Positions 27,407 through 40,858 of a DNA stretch of 64,000 nt are shown in pieces. Numbering within the stretch: the stretch's first letter is position 1; each line of letters starts with the position of its first letter. The DNA comes from Eledone cirrhosa (taxonomy: Eukaryota). The notes under the pieces were generated by a model, which saw only the letters and a list, made by a program, of their open reading frames with translations, searched no databases and was not told the DNA's origin. The DNA lies in contig OZ024741.1 in the NCBI GenBank assembly GCA_964016885.1, forward strand, positions 83,886,001 to 83,950,000, in the 5' to 3' direction. A program made the translations under genes and the position numbers.

Positions 27407-30158
27407 ATTAAATAAATGGAAACTATATTTATAAAACCATATTTATTTCGTTATATATATTTCAGGGATATCATATTAACAATATTTTATGCCATCTTCA
27501 GACAAAATACAATATAAACAGTCTTATAAATAAATAGATACGACATACCTTTCAATCACCTTGCATTTGGGAGGTTGATTTGGTAGTAAAAAATATTGTG
27601 GACAGTTGTAAAAAGAAAGAGATAAAGAGAGAAAGAAAGAGAAACGAAGAAAAAGAAGAAATGCATGTGACTAAATAGAGGGATATAGAAAGATAGATAA
27701 AGAGAAGAACTTCATGTAAAGAAACAGAGAGAAATATATATATAGAGAGAGGAAAAAAGAAAGAGATAGATAGAGATAGATAGAGAAATTTGGAAGTTGA
27801 GTATCGGTTGATACATTTATTTATTTATTTATTTATTTAGCTCTAGTATTAATGTAAAGAGAGATGTATGTAGTTAAGAGAGAAAATAGCCGTTATATAG
27901 AGAGAAAAAAGAGAAAATGAAAAAGAGAAAATGAAACATAACCAGACATAAACGATGCAGAATTTAAAACCGCTATGTTTTATCCGTAGAAAATATTAGT
28001 TCGTATAAAACAGGCATTATAATGTAAGTACCAGTATTCATGAATGAGACATGTATCTATAATGTGTGAAAAGTAATGATCTTATGTCTAGTTTTTAAAA
28101 ATTCATATGTTTATATCATAATTATAAACAAACTCCCAATTCACACGAAAATATCACATAAAATTCAAGTATACATATATGTGTGTATATATACACATAT
28201 ATATATAGAGTCTATATTAATTTTAACAATACTATTCTTGTCTTTATTCTACCTGATTGTCGATCAAGCAGAAATAGAGAACAGATTTCAATATATTAAT
28301 AAAAATAAAAATAAAAATAAAAATAAAAATAAAAATAAAAATATCAGAGACAAGAAAATAAATAAATAAATAAACAGAAAACTAAAACATTTAATATTAA
28401 AAATAAAAAATATTATAAAATATTAAGAAATATTAAAAAATAATACAAATAAAACAGAGATCAGCCTTTCAAAGTTAATTGACAATATATTGCCAAGATC
28501 ATCATAAGCATCAGAGTCGAAACAGATAAAACAAAAATTGTTTACCAAATCCTGTCTAGCAGAAATCATTCCAAAAGTTTAGGATACCCATTTGGTCTAC
28601 ATATGTTCTTATATATAATATAGAAGTTTATCTAGTTTAAAATTTAATTCGATATATTTGGAGCATCAGCTTTTAGAGTAGTTTAATTATTCATGAAGAA
28701 TGTTTTAATAAAAAGAATGTTTTAATAAAAAGAAGAAATCGAAAGATTTATCGGCTAGTTTCATAAATAATTACAAATCAAATCAAAACAAACATAATTA
28801 CATTTTAAATTTAAATTTATATTTAAACGTTGAGTTCAATCTATGTCTGCAGCAACTGAATAAATTTGTCCGTAGATTAAGGGAATTTTTAGATTTTAGT
28901 ATAAAGAATATCTCCTCCGAACAGAGGTCACATGTCTCAGAGGATGAATTAAAAGGAATCCCCCTTGAAACTATATTCCAAGTCGTCGAATATCTAACGT
29001 TATCATGCCTAAGTTGCCAGAGTACGCCTGATAGTGCTGTTGAAGATTTTCTGGATGGATCTGTGAAAGAATTCCTGTGGTTGTTATAGCGAAGTTTAAA
29101 TTCCGTCGATGTAGAACCAACGTAGTTAAAAGAATTAACGTCCGTTTTAACATTACAGTTGTATATTATATTTTTAACTAAGCAGTTGTTATTTAACGGA
29201 CATTTAGATCTATCTCTACAGTTACATTTGTTAACTTGGATATTATTTATGCTATTATCGCTAGGTTTTAAGTTCCTGTTATTTATTCTATTAATATTTT
29301 GCGCTAAATTTTTGGTGGATGAGTAGGTTAGTTTTATAGTATGTCTATTGAAAATTGAGTGATACCTATGTGTTCTAGGGAAGCGATTATCGAGAGCTTT
29401 AAAAAATAGTTTAGCAATGTGGGTTTTAATGTTTAGTGAGAAAGGGGGGGCAAACCATATTATATTCCTAGTTCTATTTCTTTTATGGCTTTTGGAATTA
29501 TTGTAATGCTTTCTATTATAGTTGTTAAGGTTGTGGCCATAATTAAAATAGTTGTTATTTTGTTTAATTTGTTTATCATTATCTATGTACATAATTTTAT
29601 CACTATATCCTGCTCTAGCTAACGCTTCATTGTAATAATGGGCTTTTTCGTCGAAAATCTTTTCATTAGATGAGATTCTAGAGATACGTGATTGAACAGA
29701 GTTTACTATAGTATTTTTAACAGATTTGGGGTGGTTAGAGTTAAAGCTGACATAGTTTAAGTTTTCATTCAACTTGTGAAATGGATAGTGAAGACATGTG
29801 TTGAGATTTAATGTTATATCTAGGAAGTTGACTATTCTATGGCTATTCTCAATTTCTATTTTTAGATTAAAGTGATTAAAAAATTGTGTAATTTGTTTTC
29901 TTTTTCTATTTAGTTCAGAGTTATTATTATCAATAAGTAAAAGCATGTCATCTCTATATAAACCTCCGGTAGTACCAGGTATTTTCCTATGCAGCGAATT
30001 GATTAAAAATAAGCCCACAAGGTCAGTTACCTCAGCTGAGTCGGATGATCCCATAGTAATGTCAAAATTGTTATCTCTATCTGCTCGGGTCCATAGTTGG
30101 TCATTAAATTCTATCAATGTTTTCCTAGCCGATAATATAATGTGCATTTCATTGCTAG
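27404..30158 (-). mobile_element. 5'-truncated Naiad PLE; ORF 28798-30147 (RT C-terminal half plus GIY-YIG)
   Basis: MGSSDSAEV, YRDDML, FLDITLNL, CNCRDRSKCPL, IIYNC..YVGST, CDLCSEE; 3' pLTR ends at (TA)n. Confidence 0.9.
27444..27509 (-). ncRNA. Type I hammerhead ribozyme in Naiad pLTR
   Basis: TATTTTGT-CTGAAGA-stem II-GAAA-TATATA-TA-ACGAAATA. Confidence 0.75.
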
Positions 30159-30161
30159 TTA

Positions 30162-30683
<522 letters not shown>

Positions 30684-33643
30684 CATACATACATACATAC
30701 ATACATACATACATGTATGTGCTGATATGTCTCTCTATGTATGCGTGTGTGTGGCTGATATCATTTATACAGTGTATTTTTCACGCTACAATTAGCCTTT
30801 CAGTAACCAGAGTTAACCAATAAAAAGTACCAATTTTGAATAAACAATGGGTTTGATATGTTTGCTTAAACTCTTAGGTTTCCCTAATTTGGTAGCAGTG
30901 AAATGACTTGAGTGAGTAAAGGTATTAGTTAAAACCAAAATGAATTGGATTAGGAACGACTGCACTAAGTATATAGTACTTGTTCTGCAATTAACAGTTT
31001 CATACATATAAATCGAATACATTGGCTTGATCGTTTGCTAAGAATGACAACATTTCAGAGGACACTGAAAATCTTTAATACCATATACTGGGACTTCAGA
31101 ACGAGCTGAGGTTCATGCCAATAATGTTTTGTCAATCGCAAAAATTATTCACGTTCATTGTCTAAGAATGCGGGCATCATGCATTGCGGTAAGACACCAA
31201 CTTTAGCTCTTCGCCCTTTAGGAAATCTTTCTGTTAGAAACAACTTTATAAAACTATAAAAAACAAAAACAAATAAAACATTTGAATTTGCCAGAGACGA
31301 AATCCCTACCCCTTATAGTTAAGTGACTCTGAAGGAAGGTCAACTATTGTGCGTTTTGTGTGTCGAGTTTAATACTCGAGGAATTAATGAATAGATGGCA
31401 ATACACAGAAAGAAAAGGTTTCCAACTAATATCGTTTTGAAAAAGATGAGATGTATGTGTCTTTTGTTTGTTGTATATAATATTTCGCTAACGTAGTTTC
31501 AAGGTAGATAGCATGATTGGAATTAAATTTACACCTGACTGATATGCAAGATTTTCTGGCCGGGTTTGATGAGTTTGTTGAGTGTATAAATGAGACGGTT
31601 CGCAAACCGTACGTCTGACGTAACGTTAAATGAAGCGTCTTGCTTTCAAAAGCAGAACTACCAAGCCAATCCAGTAATCGAACATTTAGCCTTTTGATCG
31701 TGAGTACAACACCTCGGCGGCTAAGCCGTGTGCCTTCCTCTAATAGTTTCAAAATAGACAACGTGATCAATGCAGTAAAGTTTTCTTATTGATAAATGTC
31801 GGGGAGCAGATAATATTGTCAAACCAAACAGGCACTAAATTCTTCTTACTTCAATGGAGATGTTAAATAAAGATTACCACGGGAAATATTATTGTAAAAC
31901 GATTCTTACATTTCTCTTTACTATAACCAATTCAACCACAATGTCTTCTGAAGCTTTGTAATTTAATAATAAATTTAAGTGTTCGCAAGTACATTACATT
32001 GCTGCCGATTCGTATATTATTGAATTTGAAGTCCTCAACACACAAGTGCATACACAACACCAACACATATGAGGGAACGTATAACCTGTCAGCTGAGCTG
32101 CTAGACTTAGCAAGCAGATCTCCGTCAAATCCAACTCTACCGTCTTAATAAAAGAAAGGATACATTCGACAATGTATTACCTGACGAAGAAAGGATTATT
32201 ATGCCTATAATGTCTTTAATTGTAAATCTGGGCTGATTTAAACAATGAGGCAACAACAGTTAGGTTAACAATTGTATTAATAGTAAAAAAAAAAGTATAG
32301 AAATTTGCACAAATTTGTATATGACGGCTATCCTGAGGGACCACTATAAACAGTGTTAGGCGTTTATTTCAGCCTGGTACTTATTTAATGGCTCTCTATT
32401 TCACAAGCCTCTAATTTATAGAATATAAAATGACACATGCTATATATAGATATCATACTAGATATGAAAAATGTAATAAACTCTAGTTTGAAACCTAAAT
32501 AATTATCTTCATCTCCTTGTAAAGGACAGTGGCTGTGGTGTCACCGCAATTGTTATGGCAGTTAGTCAGGAATGCGGATTTATCAATATCTTCTGTCATA
32601 TGCAGGCGGGGTGCAGTTTTGAGACTTGTCATTGATGCTATCGAACAAACATTACCTTTGACTACCTCTTCTTTGATCGCCCTTTACTATGTTCTGAATA
32701 ATGGCTTCGGAGAGAAGGCCGTGACCGCATACATCATACATCCATCACATCTTAAGTCGACTTCAAAAGAAGCAAGCTTTTAACTGAGTGAGATATGAAA
32801 GTTTGTGGCAAGTGATGAGTGATTACACCTTGGTCATAAATCTCATCTAACTAGTCCAAGCAGTGTACAAACACTCAAACCCTGCAATTCCCTTATATAA
32901 CAAAATTGAAAATAGCATAAATATAACTATTCGAATTCAGCAGAGCTTTGCTCTCACCAAAACGTTTAAACACCTCTCAGGAAAACACGACGCTCTAGAA
33001 AAATGACAGTGATACTCAAACATTTGCTTTAACATATTTTCTCGAACAAACACTCGCATACAGACTTTAGTTCACACATCACTCCTCAGCATACAAATCT
33101 ATTTGAATTTTCACACTATACAATACATTAATCTTTAGTACATCCATCCAAGGTAAAATAAATTAAATATTTCTGCCACTCTGTAACAGAGTTTATAGTG
33201 AGATAAATATGAATTGTTATTACTGTTTTCGCGTAGTAGGTATCTGTAAAGAAGCCAAAGAAAATAACTAAATGGGTTTTGAAATAAAGAAAGAACTAGT
33301 TCTGTGAAAGTTTACATTAAATAGCAAAATATATTTATCGTATGACAAAAGCCATTTTAACTAACCGGATTTTCATCATACTAAATGTATTTAGGAGATT
33401 CAATACACGATATGGGTTAGCTAACATTTTACTTATTCTTTTACCATCACCAAATTATGTATTTACGCTACAGAATTTAGGAATTATTCACTAACACTTT
33501 GAGTTTTTATATATTAGGAAGGCATTACAAAATATCATCAGCTCTTTATATTTGAATTAGTTTGAAACTGCCTGGCAGAGATTCTTAGTTCACTTATCAT
33601 ATATCAAACAATCTCAAATAATGTAATATATTTATAAACATTT

Positions 33644-33706
<63 letters not shown>

Positions 33707-34043
33707 TAGATAGGGAGAGAGAAAGTGAGATGTCCCGTTACATTTCAAAGCCACTTAGATGTACATGCCTAGAGCTTAATTTGTGAAGTAGTTATTAAAA
33801 TATAATTTATGAAAAGTAACAGGAGAGACCACAAATATATTTGGACTAACACCCACAAGGTCACTATAACAACACCTCATATGTCATTTATAACCTACCA
33901 CATTTATCATAAAAACTTTTGCATTATACTTCATCTGAATTCATTTTTCTTTAATTCTTAAAAGGTTTTAGATTCCACACGCACACACACATACACATTA
34001 ACATATACACCCGTAAACATACATGCTCATGTATGCACACATC

Positions 34044-34080
<37 letters not shown>

Positions 34081-34083
34081 ATA

Positions 34084-34592
34084 TAGTTTTAATATAGATG
34101 AGATTCTACATGATTAGAACTGTTTCATTCTTTAGAAATCATCAGGAATCTGGCTGTCCAAAATAAATGTTGTGGTATTTGAATGTGTTCAGGTTGTAGG
34201 AGAGTGGGAAGGGTGGAGGTCATTGGTTGAAAGAAAAGGGAATTCATTAAAAGCTAATTCTTTAAGGGTATAATTTATATAAATTATAACCTTAAAGTAT
34301 TAGCTTTTAATGAATTACCCTTTATTTAACTTTAAAGAATTAGCTTTTAATGAATTCCCTTTTCTTCCAACCAATGACCTCCACCCATCCCACTCCCCAC
34401 CCTCTCCTACCACTTGAAAAGATATAAATACAACAACATTTATTTTGGACAGCCAGATTCCTGATGATTTCTAAAGAATGAAACAGTTCTAGTCCTGTAG
34501 AATCTCATGTATATTAAAACTTTTATACTCTGCTATGTAACGAGTACCTTACTTACTATGGTTACCTCCGATTCAACTCGGAATAACTTACC
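34084..34592 (+). mobile_element. PLE pLTR with inverted 5' copy, two HHRs (34101-34151 minus; 34455-34505 plus)
   Basis: 34084-~34265 is the reverse complement of ~34330-34520; (TA)n flanks. Confidence 0.8.
34455..34505 (+). ncRNA. Canonical type I hammerhead ribozyme
   Basis: AGATTC-CTGATGA-tTTCtaaaGAAt-GAAA-CAG..CTG-TA-GAATCT; all three stems pair and the cleavage triplet is GUA. Confidence 0.85.
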
Positions 34593-34629
34593 TATATATA
34601 TATATAAACTAGAAATTGATTGACATATA

Positions 34630-37600
34630 CATATGCAAATGAGATTAATCACCTCATTTACACAGACGAGAGAAGTATATATTCTCGCCTGTCTGCTAGT
34701 CCAGCAGTCTCAAGCGGTGGGAGGGATCGTTCTGACGAAGGCCAGTTAAGCCTGAAATGCATAGACGGCTGCCCCCCTTGGTTCTGCTGAACATCACCAG
34801 AGGGCGTTAGCCCCCCGCTGTTTGCATAACTACAGCTTCCTAAAACTGTATTTCTTTGGAGATACTAAATATTTATACATATTGTATAAAGCTATGCTTG
34901 AAGCGAAATCCTATTTCTTCTTTATTATAAGTTGAGCCAACTTATGCAGCTTCAACATGCAAATGAGATTAATCAACTCATTTACACAGACGAGAAAAGT
35001 ATATATTCTCGCCTGTCTGCTAGTCCAGCAGTCGCAAACAGTGGGAGGGACCGTTCTGACGAAGGCCAGTTAAATCTGAAATGCATAGAAGGTTGTCCCC
35101 TTTGCTTCTGCTAGACATCACCAGAGGGCGATAGCCCACCAGTATTTGCCTAGCTACGGCTCATAAAACCGTATTTTATTTTAGATACCAAATATTTATA
35201 CATATTGTATTAAGCTATGCTTGAAGCGAAATCCCATTTTTTTTATTATAAGTTGTGCCAACTTATGCAGCTTCATATGCAAATGAGATTAATCACCTCG
35301 TTTACACAGACGAGAAAAGTCTATATTCTCACCTATCTTCTAGTCCAGCTGTCGCAAGCGGTGGGAGGGACCGTTCTGACGAAGGCCAGTTAAGCGTGAA
35401 ATGCATAGACGGTTGTCCCCCTTGCTTCTGCTGGACCCCCCCCCCCCCCAAGTGTTTCTTTAGAGATACGAAACATTTATACATTTTGTATAAAGCTATG
35501 CTTCAAGCGAAATGCTATTTCTTTTTAATATAATTTGAGCCAACTTATGCAGCTTCATATGCAAATGAGATTAACCACCTCATTTACACAGACTAGAAAA
35601 GTATATATTCTCGCCTGTCTTCTAGTCCAGAAGTCGCAAGCGGTGGGAGAGACCGTTCTGACGACGACCAGTTTAGCCTGAAATGCATAGACTGTTGTCC
35701 CCCTTGCTTCTGCTGGATATCACCAGAGGGCGTTAACCCCCGTGTGTTTGCATAGCTACACCTTCTTAAACCGCATTTCTTTGGAGATGAGAAATATTTA
35801 TACATATTTTATAAAGCTATACTTGATGCTAAATCCTATTTCTTTTTTTATTATATGTTGAGCGAACTTCTGCAGCTTCATATGCAAATGAGATTAATCA
35901 CCTCATTTACACAGAAGAGAAAAGTGTATATTATCGCCTGTCCAGCAGTCGCAAGCGTTGGAAAGGACCGTTCTGACGTAGGCCAGTTAAGCCTGAAATG
36001 CATAGACGGCTGTCCCCCTTGCTCGTACTGGACATCACCAGAGGGTGTCAGCCCTCCCGAGTTTGCATACTTACGGCTTCCTTAAAGCGTATTTCTTTGG
36101 AGATACGAAATATTTATATATATTTTATTAAGCTATGCTTGAAGCGAAATCCAATTTCTTTGTATTATAAGTTGAGCCAACTTATGCAGCTTCATATGCA
36201 AATGAGATTAATCACCTCATTTACACAGACGAGAGAAGTATATATTCTCGCCTGTCTTCTAGTCTAGCAGTCGGAAGCAGTGGGAGGGACCGTTCTGACG
36301 AAGACCAGTTAATCTTGTAATGCATAGACGGTTGAGCCCTTGCTTCTGCTGGACACCACCAGAGGGCGATTGCCCACGGGTGTTTGCATAGCCACGGCTC
36401 CCAAAACCGTATTTCTTTGGTGATACTAAATATTTATACATATTGTATTAAGCTATGCTTGAAGCGAATCACATTTCTTTTTATTATAAGTTGAGCCAAC
36501 TTATGCAGCTTCCTATGCAAATGCGATTAACCACCTCATTTACACAGACGAGAGAAGTATATATTATCGCCTGTCTTCTTGTCCAGCAGACGGAAGCAGT
36601 GGGAGGGACCGTTCTGACGAAGGCCAGTTAAGCCTGATATGCATAGACGGTTGTCCACCTTGCTTCTTCTGGACATCACCAGAGGGCGTTAGCTCCCCGG
36701 TGTTTGCATAGCTACGGCTTCCTAAAAGCGTATTTCTTTGGAGATACAAATATTTATATATATAGTATAAAGCTATGCTTGAAGCGAAATCCTATTTCTT
36801 TATATTATAAGTTGAGCCAACTTATGCAGCTTCATATGCAAATGAGATTAATCACCTCATTTACACAGACGAGAAAAGTATATAATCTCACCTTTCTTCT
36901 AGTCCATCAGTCGCAATCGGTGGGAGGGACCGTTCTGACGAAGGCCAGTTAAGCCTGAAATGCATAGACGGTTGTCCCCATTGATTCTGCTGCCCCCCTC
37001 CCCCCCAAGTGTTTCTTTAGAGATACGAAATATTTATACATATTGTATAAAGCTATGCTTCAAGCGAAATCCTATTTCTTTTTAATATAATTTGAGCCAA
37101 CTTATGCAGCTTCATATGCAAATGAGATTAATCACCTCATTTACACAGACGTGAGAAGTATATTTTCTCGCCTGTCTTCTAGTCCAGAAGTCGCAATGAA
37201 ATGCATAGATAGCTCCCCGGTGTTTCCATAGCTACATCTTCCTAAAACCTTATTTCTTTGGAGATACTAAATATATATACATATTGTATGAAACTATGCA
37301 TGAAGCGAAATCCTATTTCTTTTTTATTATAAGTTGAGCCAACTTATGCAGCTTCATATGCAAATGAGATTAATAACCTCATATACACAGACGAGAAAAG
37401 TATATATTCTCACCTATCTTCTTGTCCAGCTGTCGCAAGCGGTGGGAGGGACCGTTCTGACGAAGGCCAGTTAAGCCTGAAATGCATAGACAGCTGTCCT
37501 CCTTGCTCGTGCTGGACATCACCAGAATGGCGTCAGCCCTCCCGTGTTTTCATACCTACGACTTCCTTAAAGCGTATTTCTTTGGAGATCCGAAATATTT

Positions 37601-37934
37601 ATATATATTGTATTAAGCTATGCTTGAAGCGAAATCCAATTTCTTTTTATTATTATTTGAGCCAACTTATGCAGCTTCCTATGCAAATGAGATTAACCAC
37701 CTCATTTAAACAGACGAGAGAAGTATATATTATCGCCTGTCTTCTAGTCCAGCAGACGGAATCGTTGGGAGGGCCCGTTCTGACGAAGGCGAGTTAAGCC
37801 TGATATGCATAGACGTGTGTCCCCCTATCTCCTGATGGACATCACCAGAATGGCGTTAGCTCTCCCAAAGTGTTTGCATAGCTATAGCTTCCTAAAACCG
37901 TATTTCTTTGTAGATTCCAAATATTTATACATAT
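34630..37934 (+). repeat. Tandem array of 11 ~320-bp hammerhead-containing units (retrozyme / satellite-2-like)
   Basis: ATGCAAAT at 34633, 34957, 35277, 35559, 35882, 36196, 36515, 36836, 37116, 37358, 37681; HHR motif in 10 of 11 units. Confidence 0.92.
36926..36978 (+). ncRNA. Best-preserved array hammerhead (unit 8); predicted cleavage after 36966
   Basis: GGGACCGTT-CTGACGA-AGGC cagttaa GCCT-GAAA-TGCA-TA-GACGGTTGTCCC; palindromic stem III ATGCAT. Confidence 0.88.
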
Positions 37935-38241
37935 ACAAATAAAATAAATAATTATATATTCTATGTCAAATCATGCACTTTTTCTTTTTTTGAATTTTAA
38001 AATTTTAATTTATTTATCGATAGCTTTGTAAATATGTTAAATAATTGAATTTTGACGCTTTAATATAGAAAGTAATTTTCCGTTAACAGGGCCAACAAAT
38101 TAAGTAGATAAAACAGACAATATATTAAAGCATGCACAAAATCATAGATACATACATGCATACGTTTATACAAATATACAAGCTCCAAAATTATGTACAT
38201 AAAAACGCACATCATTTTGGAGCTTGTATATTTGTATAAAC

Positions 38242-38351
<110 letters not shown>

Positions 38352-38546
38352 ATACTTGGGGAGGGTCATATTTGCGTAATATTGCCAGAATTAATAATAT
38401 ATATTATATATATATATATATATATGCATACATATATTCATTCGTTCATACGGGTGTGAAAAACACAGTATAGTGCACAGAAAATAATATGAAATATAAG
38501 TTATATGGATTACACTTTAATGCAGTATAATGTACAACGTTGACTT

Positions 38547-38677
<131 letters not shown>

Positions 38678-38690
38678 TATAAATATATAA

Positions 38691-38723
<33 letters not shown>

Positions 38724-39592
38724 CGTATTTATACACACACATATATATATATATATACAGATCATATATTTGTCAGTATCTGGAAAATCTAATGGCGATG
38801 GCCTCTGTATATAATAGAACATCAAAGTAATATTTACTGGCTCTTACCGAAAAGGAAGAAATAACTAATGAAAAATACAGGAAATGAAGGCTACATGATT
38901 ATTTCTATTTCGTCTTTACTTGCAAGTGGTGGGGATACAATATTTCTTATTTACAAATTTAATAAAAAGGACATTCGGTACTATTTATTGTAATAACTGT
39001 GGTATATAAGTAGAATCGTTAAGGTGTAGTACCTGCAATATTTACTTCCTGCTTTAAAAAAACGGCTCAGGCCTGATAAATGAAATATACACAAACAAAA
39101 TTGTTGTAGCCATGGCGATGTCAAATTCTATCGAGGCATTATTCTCCTAGAGTCGTTATGGCATATAAATAGATATATGTTCGCATATAGCCAACACAAA
39201 AAGAAAGGCACACAAACAAACTCACAATCACACATGCACTCTTACTGTCTTTGCTTCACATAAGAAACCACGACCCTTTCCATGGCCTCCAATATTGGTG
39301 GTCTGGAAAGAAGACATTAACCACAAACCGGAGTTAATGCCAGAAGAGTTGAACAAATGTGGAAATCCGTAATGATAATCAAAACCCAGCTGGAACTATT
39401 AAATCTGGGAACGGATTAACTGTACCACGCAAATAGGCCTCAGTGGTGTGTGATCGCATTACAAACATGGCAAGCTATCTCAGCCGATACGCAGGTAAAC
39501 AATCCCAGCCACTTTTGCAAAGATGTTCCCGGCAGGATCATAACTCTCTCTCTCACTCACACATGCACACACACACACGCACACACACACAT

Positions 39593-39623
<31 letters not shown>

Positions 39624-39970
39624 CGGGGTAACAAATTATTGTTATAGGTAGTCCACTTAAGTGTAGTCCAGTTATGGTACTCCGGGTAGTGGATGATGTC
39701 AACGCTTGGCTGCGTTTGACTCAACAATGCGTTTCTATAGTGATGTTGCGAGTACGCTGTAATTCCTATGTTGTAAACACTTGGAGTTATGATAAATCAG
39801 GAAAGAAGAGTGACACGGTTTGCTATACAAAAAAGGTTTTTAATATCTAGAGTTCGCTACCCGCTTATTTTCAGGTTATTCGATCACCAATAAAAACGTG
39901 AAAACAAGCGGGTAGCGATCTCTAGACCTACCAGTTCTGAGAAACAATTATATATATATATATATATATA

Positions 39971-40039
39971 TTATTCAAAATATTAATAAATGAAGAATGT
40001 TTTTATTCCTCGTTTCTCAACTATATTTTCTTCTTTTTT

Positions 40040-40070
<31 letters not shown>

Positions 40071-40478
40071 TTTTTGGGTTTATTTCTCGCCTTTTTCTTG
40101 TCTTTGCATCCCTTTCTATATTTCTACCTTCCTCTATGTCCTATTCTTCTCTAAGTTTATCATATTATTTGTGGTATAAAAACGCTGAGAGTTGGTGAAA
40201 TAAATCACTGCCACTAGAGGAATTGAATAATCAAAACCGTAGCGGTATGTGGCATATCAAATCATATATTTTGTCTGATGAAAACGTTCTTAAACACCAT
40301 TGTACCTTTGAAATATGTATTTTATATAAAATATATTTTTTGATTATGAGAATATTTTTCATTTATTAATATTTTGAATAAGATTAAATACTCAAGGAAA
40401 ATCTGTTGTCGAGTGCTTCTAATCTATTGTAAGATTGTATTCGTTGTATAATCAACGAAACATATTAATCTTTGTTTA
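39971..40478 (+). mobile_element. Solo PLE pLTR with degenerate HHR (40266-40334) and a short 5' inversion
   Basis: CTGATGA..GAAATATGTA; shares GAGTGCTTC.AATCTATTGTAA with 14314-14340; 39971-39998 is an inverted copy of ~40352-40381. Confidence 0.65.
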
Positions 40479-40639
40479 TATATATATATATAAAGGATAT
40501 ACTGACCACTACACCTGAATGATAAGGGTTTTTGCACCTAGAATTTTCCCCTTGTGGAAGACCAACATTCATACATGGATATCTTGCCCCTCTCTCCACG
40601 CCACCGATGTTAGGTAAGGGAATGTTAAAAGCTGATACA

Positions 40640-40800
40640 CATTGGCATTAGCACTGTCTCAATACCATATATTCCTACAGCTGATTGAACTGGAACAATG
40701 TGACAAAAAGTGTCTTGCTGAAGGACATAAAGCACCGCGAATGGAACTCACAACCTCACGATTTTGAATCCACATGTCTAAGTACTAGATAAATGCCTTC
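40640..40800 (-). mobile_element. Old tRNA-derived SINE family B (other remnants ~56095-56220 minus, ~59235-59460 plus)
   Basis: Shared ..TCCTTGAGC.AG.CACTT..TT.ACGTTG.TCCA.TC.A.TCA.C core and tRNA-like head at 59236. Confidence 0.55.
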
Positions 40801-40823
40801 ACACAGACAGGCATATGTATATG

Positions 40824-40854
<31 letters not shown>

Positions 40855-40858
<4 letters not shown>

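Noticed and set aside
34630-37934. CRISPR array or coding repeat
   Set aside because: Whole units repeat with no unique spacers, there are no cas genes, the context is eukaryotic, and the short ORFs are not conserved between units
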